Source of the DNA: Nitrospirota bacterium
GTDB lineage: Bacteria; Nitrospirota; UBA9217
Direction of reading: 5' to 3'
NCBI GenBank assembly: GCA_963796285.1
Contig: CAWCKW010000012.1
Span: 64,001-128,000 of the forward strand
Length of the DNA stretch: 64,000 bases
In this document: positions 60,354 to 64,000 of the stretch, piece by piece
How the letters are laid out: each line of letters opens with the position of its first letter
Numbering within the stretch: position 1 is the stretch's first letter
The notes under the pieces: model-generated
Database searches by the model: none
Seen by the model: only the letters and a program-made list of their open reading frames with translations
Told to the model about the DNA's origin: nothing
Position numbers and translations under genes: made by a program

Positions 60354-61138
60354 TAACGCGAAGGAACTTTCTAAAAAATGCGGCGCTGGGGATCGCCGGA
60401 GCGGCAATCCCCCTTACCGCCCTGGAGATCGTTGACCCTAAAAAGCTATTTGCCCAGGTAGCAGCTGAGACCACATCGGTGCGATGGGTGTTCCTGGTCG
60501 ACACCTACAAATGCGTAGGATGCGGACTGTGTGTCAAGGCATGCAAGCTGGAAAACGAGGTACCGTATAACGCTAACGCTACGAGGACGTGGGTCGAGCG
60601 ATATGTGCTGACCAAAAAAGGCAAAATGTACGCCGATAACCCCATGGGAGCGCGCGACGGATTTACGACAGCGAAGATAGACCAGAACGCCGACGGGATC
60701 AAGGATATCAGCAGCGAGGGAATCGAAAAGGCATTCTTTGTTCCGAAGCTCTGCAACCAGTGCGAAAATCCTCCCTGCGTTCAGGTATGTCCCGTAGGGG
60801 CCACGTACCAGACTCCGGATGGCGTCGTGTTGGTTGACCGGACCTGGTGCATAGGCTGCGGTTACTGTATCATGGGCTGTCCGTACGGTGTCCGCTTCTT
60901 CCACCCGGTATATCACACAGCGGAGAAATGCACGTTCTGCTACCACCGGATCACCAAGGGCATGAAGACCGCATGTGTTCAGGCCTGTCCCTTCGGTGCG
61001 CGGCAGATCGGCAATATCAAGGACCCCAACGACCCGGTGACCCAGGTCATCAGGACGCAGCGAGTGGGGGTCCTGAAGAGCGAATTCGGCACAAAACCGC
61101 AGGTCTATTACATCGGCCTGGATGAGGAGGTCAGATAA
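60350..61138 (+). CDS. Tat-exported NrfC/DmsB-like 4Fe-4S protein
   Basis: TRRNFLK signal; CVGCGLCVKAC, CNQCENPPCVQVCP, CIGCGYCIMGCP, CTFC...CVQACP. Confidence 0.92.
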   Translation: MITRRNFLKNAALGIAGAAIPLTALEIVDPKKLFAQVAAETTSVRWVFLVDTYKCVGCGLCVKACKLENEVPYNANATRTWVERYVLTKKGKMYADNPMGARDGFTTAKIDQNADGIKDISSEGIEKAFFVPKLCNQCENPPCVQVCPVGATYQTPDGVVLVDRTWCIGCGYCIMGCPYGVRFFHPVYHTAEKCTFCYHRITKGMKTACVQACPFGARQIGNIKDPNDPVTQVIRTQRVGVLKSEFGTKPQVYYIGLDEEVR

Positions 61139-61140
61139 CC

Positions 61141-62397
61141 ATGGTACATGGAGAGCTTTGGACCGTTAAGGAATTGTTCGTTATGCCCAATGAGTATATT
61201 TATTGGAGCATCCAGATCGTGATGTATCCCTTTATGACAGGGCTTGTCGCCGGGGCCTTTGTTCTGTCGTCGCTCTACCACGTGTTCGGCATAAAAAAAC
61301 TCAAGGAGATCGCACGGTTCGCGCTCGTGTTCTCCTTTGCCCTGCTCTTTATAGCGCCGTTACCCATCATGCTCCACCTGCAGTTCCCGTTCCGTGGTGT
61401 TGAGATATTCATGACGCCCCACTTCACCTCGGCCATTGCCGCCTTTGGCATCGTGTTCTTTACGTATGGGGCCATTGTGGCTTCGGAGCTTTGGTTCCTC
61501 TACCGGAAGCATTTTGTCGAGACGGCCCTCCGCTTGCGTGAGAAGCAGGACAAGACGCTGGTTGAATTGGTTCTGGTATCTTGTTTTCTGCTCTCTGACG
61601 CTCGGCGAGTACGATATCAGCGAAGAGTCGCTTGCACAAGGACGAAAAGGCGATCAAGTTTCTCGCCGGTCTCGGCATTCCGGTCGCTTGCTTTCTCCAC
61701 GGATACGCAGGATTCATCTTCGGTTCGGTCAAGGCCAATGCGCTATGGATGACCCCGCTCATGCCGGTCATCTTCATCATGTCGGCAATCGTGTCCGGCA
61801 TCGCGCTTTGCTTGCTCACCTATATTGTGACCATGGAGATACGGAAACTCATTTCTAAGCGCAAGAGGGCTTCCCACGTCCGCTACCAGTCGCAGGAAGA
61901 ACTCAAGAGCGTTGAGACGAGCGTCATGCAAATGACGGCGAAATACCTGCTTGCATTCATGGTGGCGGCGATCAGCCTCGAACTCCTGGACATTATTTTC
62001 CGGGGCTATACCGCGGTGAAGTCCTGGGACATTCTGAGAAGCGTCATCTATGAACGCGATTTCGCCGATATCTTTATCTTTCAGTACGGCATTGGGAATG
62101 CTCTGCCGCTCATTCTGTTCCTCATCCCCGGACTGACGATCCGGAGAGCCATAATCGCCAGCGCTCTGGTGCTTTTCGGTGTCTTCATGATGCGGTGGAA
62201 CGTCGTGATCGGCGGCCAGGCCTTTTCCCTGACCTTTGCCGGATACATGCACTATCATATGCCGATCATCCCGCATGATTGGGAGACCTTTAAGGAAGGG
62301 GCCGCCGGGGCGACTCACCCTCTTTATCATGCCCTTTGTGCTGTTCTGGGCCATCAGCTATATCTTCCCCGTCTTCGAACAGGAGGAAGCGCACTAA
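61141..62397 (+). CDS. NrfD/PsrC-family membrane anchor; apparent frameshifts near 61575 and 62310
   Basis: W...IVMYPFMTGLVAGAF, HGYAGFIFG, SAIVSG, MRWNVVIGGQ across frames; ends FEQEEAH* at 62397. Confidence 0.85.
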
Positions 62398-62548
62398 TTC
62401 AGCAAGAGCGATCTCTCCCGGAGGAACAGCTTCCGGGAGGGGACGCTCAAATTTTAATTTTATGTTGCATTCTCTTCGAAGGTATCTTACAATCACACCA
62501 TATTTTGGTTGATGAACACCGATCCCAAATCTGACCAGCGGAGATGAT

Positions 62549-63064
62549 ATGGAAGAAGAAAACAAAGCAGCCTGGCTTCTTTGTTTCATTGCAGTTTTGA
62601 CATTGGTTTTCTCCTCTACGTATATTCATGCTGAAGAACAGGACATACCGGGAAAGTTTGTCGTCACGCCGCCTCCGTTCAGTCCCGGCATCTTTCCTTG
62701 CTCACAGTGCCATCAAGGCATGCCTGCCAACAAAAAGCCGAGAAAGCTCACATACCATGAGAACATTGTTCTGAAGCACATGCCCGACGGCTGGTGCTTC
62801 GACTGCCATAATCCCGACAACCGGGACAAATTGCGGCTCGCGAACGGCAAGCTGGTCAGATTTGAAGAATCATACAATCTCTGCGGCCAGTGTCACGGAA
62901 CGATACTGCGAGAATGGAAGGCCGGCCTGCACGGGAAGAGGACCGGCATGTGGAATGGCGATAAGCAGTACTATCTTTGCGTAAGCTGCCATTGGCCGCA
63001 TGAACCGCGGTTCAAGCCGATCAAACCGCTTCCGCCGCCGGTGAGACCGGCGGACATCAAGTAA
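62549..63064 (+). CDS. periplasmic tetraheme cytochrome c
   Basis: Signal peptide; CSQCH, CFDCH, CGQCH, CVSCH. Confidence 0.9.
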   Translation: MEEENKAAWLLCFIAVLTLVFSSTYIHAEEQDIPGKFVVTPPPFSPGIFPCSQCHQGMPANKKPRKLTYHENIVLKHMPDGWCFDCHNPDNRDKLRLANGKLVRFEESYNLCGQCHGTILREWKAGLHGKRTGMWNGDKQYYLCVSCHWPHEPRFKPIKPLPPPVRPADIK

Positions 63065-63088
63065 ACAATAACGGGGATGAGGAGACCG

Positions 63089-64000
63089 ATGGGAAAAATC
63101 GTGAAGAAAAAAGACGGAATCCATCTGGACCGGAGGAACTTTCTCAAAGGAGCTGCCCTCGGACTTGCAGGAACTGCGCTCCCTCTGAAGAATGCCGATG
63201 CGTCATTCTGGGAATCGTTCTTTCAGAAGCACTTTAAGGAAATGAACGATGCCGAGATCAAACAGGTTCTCAGCCGTCTCGAACAGGAATATGAGGAGAA
63301 ATACAAGAAAGCGATCAAGGTAGGCAATGAAAAGGCGATGCCGGGGGTCCTGTTCGGATACGGTCTCGATCTTTCCCGCTGCATCGGCTGCAGAAGATGC
63401 GAGTATGCCTGCGTTGACGAGAACAACCAGTCCAAAGACCCGCAGATCCACTGGATTCAAGTCCTGCGATTCAAGAAGGGCGAAAAGTGGGTTGACCTCG
63501 AGGACTCGGAGAAATACTACAACCCGGAACTCGTGCCGGAACAGGAATATTTTTATATGCCGGTCCAGTGCCAGCAGTGCGAGAACCCGCCCTGCGTGCG
63601 CGCCTGTCCGACGCAGGCCACCTGGAAAGAGCCGGATGGTATTGTGGTCGTGGATTATAACTGGTGCATCGGGTGCCGTTACTGCATGGCGGCCTGTCCT
63701 TACGGAGCGCGCCATTTCAACTGGACCGAGCCAGGCCGGAAACCGGAGGAGATCAATCCGCAGACGCACTACCTCGGTAACCGCCCGCGATACAAGGGCG
63801 TTGTTGAGAAGTGCACGTTCTGCATTCAGCGGACGCGAAACGGGCGTTACCCGGCGTGCGTCGAGGCCTGTCCCGTGGGCGCGCGGAAATTTGGCAACCT
63901 CCTTGACCCGAACAGCGAGATCCGGTATGCCATCGAGCACAAGAGAGTGTTCCGGCTAAAAGAAAACCTGAATACAAATCCCAAGTTCTACTATTTCTTC
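63089..64000 (+). CDS. Tat-exported 4Fe-4S dicluster protein (NrfC-like), runs off the window end; absent from the ORF track
   Basis: Manual translation: DRRNFLKG, CIGCRRCEYAC, CQQCENPPCVRACP, CIGCRYCMAACP, KCTFC...CVEACP. Confidence 0.9.
   Translation, partial: MGKIVKKKDGIHLDRRNFLKGAALGLAGTALPLKNADASFWESFFQKHFKEMNDAEIKQVLSRLEQEYEEKYKKAIKVGNEKAMPGVLFGYGLDLSRCIGCRRCEYACVDENNQSKDPQIHWIQVLRFKKGEKWVDLEDSEKYYNPELVPEQEYFYMPVQCQQCENPPCVRACPTQATWKEPDGIVVVDYNWCIGCRYCMAACPYGARHFNWTEPGRKPEEINPQTHYLGNRPRYKGVVEKCTFCIQRTRNGRYPACVEACPVGARKFGNLLDPNSEIRYAIEHKRVFRLKENLNTNPKFYYFF

Noticed and set aside
63327-63959. 210-aa plus-strand ORF in the track
   Set aside because: Wrong frame; the real gene starts at 63089 and encodes a 4Fe-4S protein that runs off the window.
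1-64000. CRISPR array or cas genes
   Set aside because: No regularly spaced direct repeats with unique spacers and no cas-like ORFs were seen; the repeats found are palindromic or short-period.

Overview
GC-rich bacterial chromosomal window. Gene content and order resemble an anaerobic Nitrospirota or Desulfobacterota-like organism (inference). Core content: cobUTSC, a TPP-riboswitch-led thiSGEC-M23-thiD operon, tRNA-Gly(CCC), rph, purD/purE, larE, nfnAB, system II cytochrome c maturation, argDF, queF, tatAC, hemL, atpZ/atpI, and two tetraheme cytochrome/4Fe-4S modules (the first with NrfD, the second cut off at the window end). The ORF track misses three things. (1) Two tandem rhodanese genes at 25342-26734 each have an in-frame UGA at a Cys position followed by a SECIS-like hairpin, so both are probable selenoproteins, one fused to a ferritin-like domain. 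A third candidate is a lipoprotein ending C-U-G at 17154-17507. (2) An ~11 kb integron cassette array at 12243-23417 has an intact 59-bp attC, progressively decayed attC sites, an attI and Pc/Pint-like promoters, but no integrase gene. (3) Intergenic 7-mer and 9-mer periodic inverted-repeat elements recur throughout. Several housekeeping genes carry 1-2 nt frameshifts that are probably sequencing or assembly errors.
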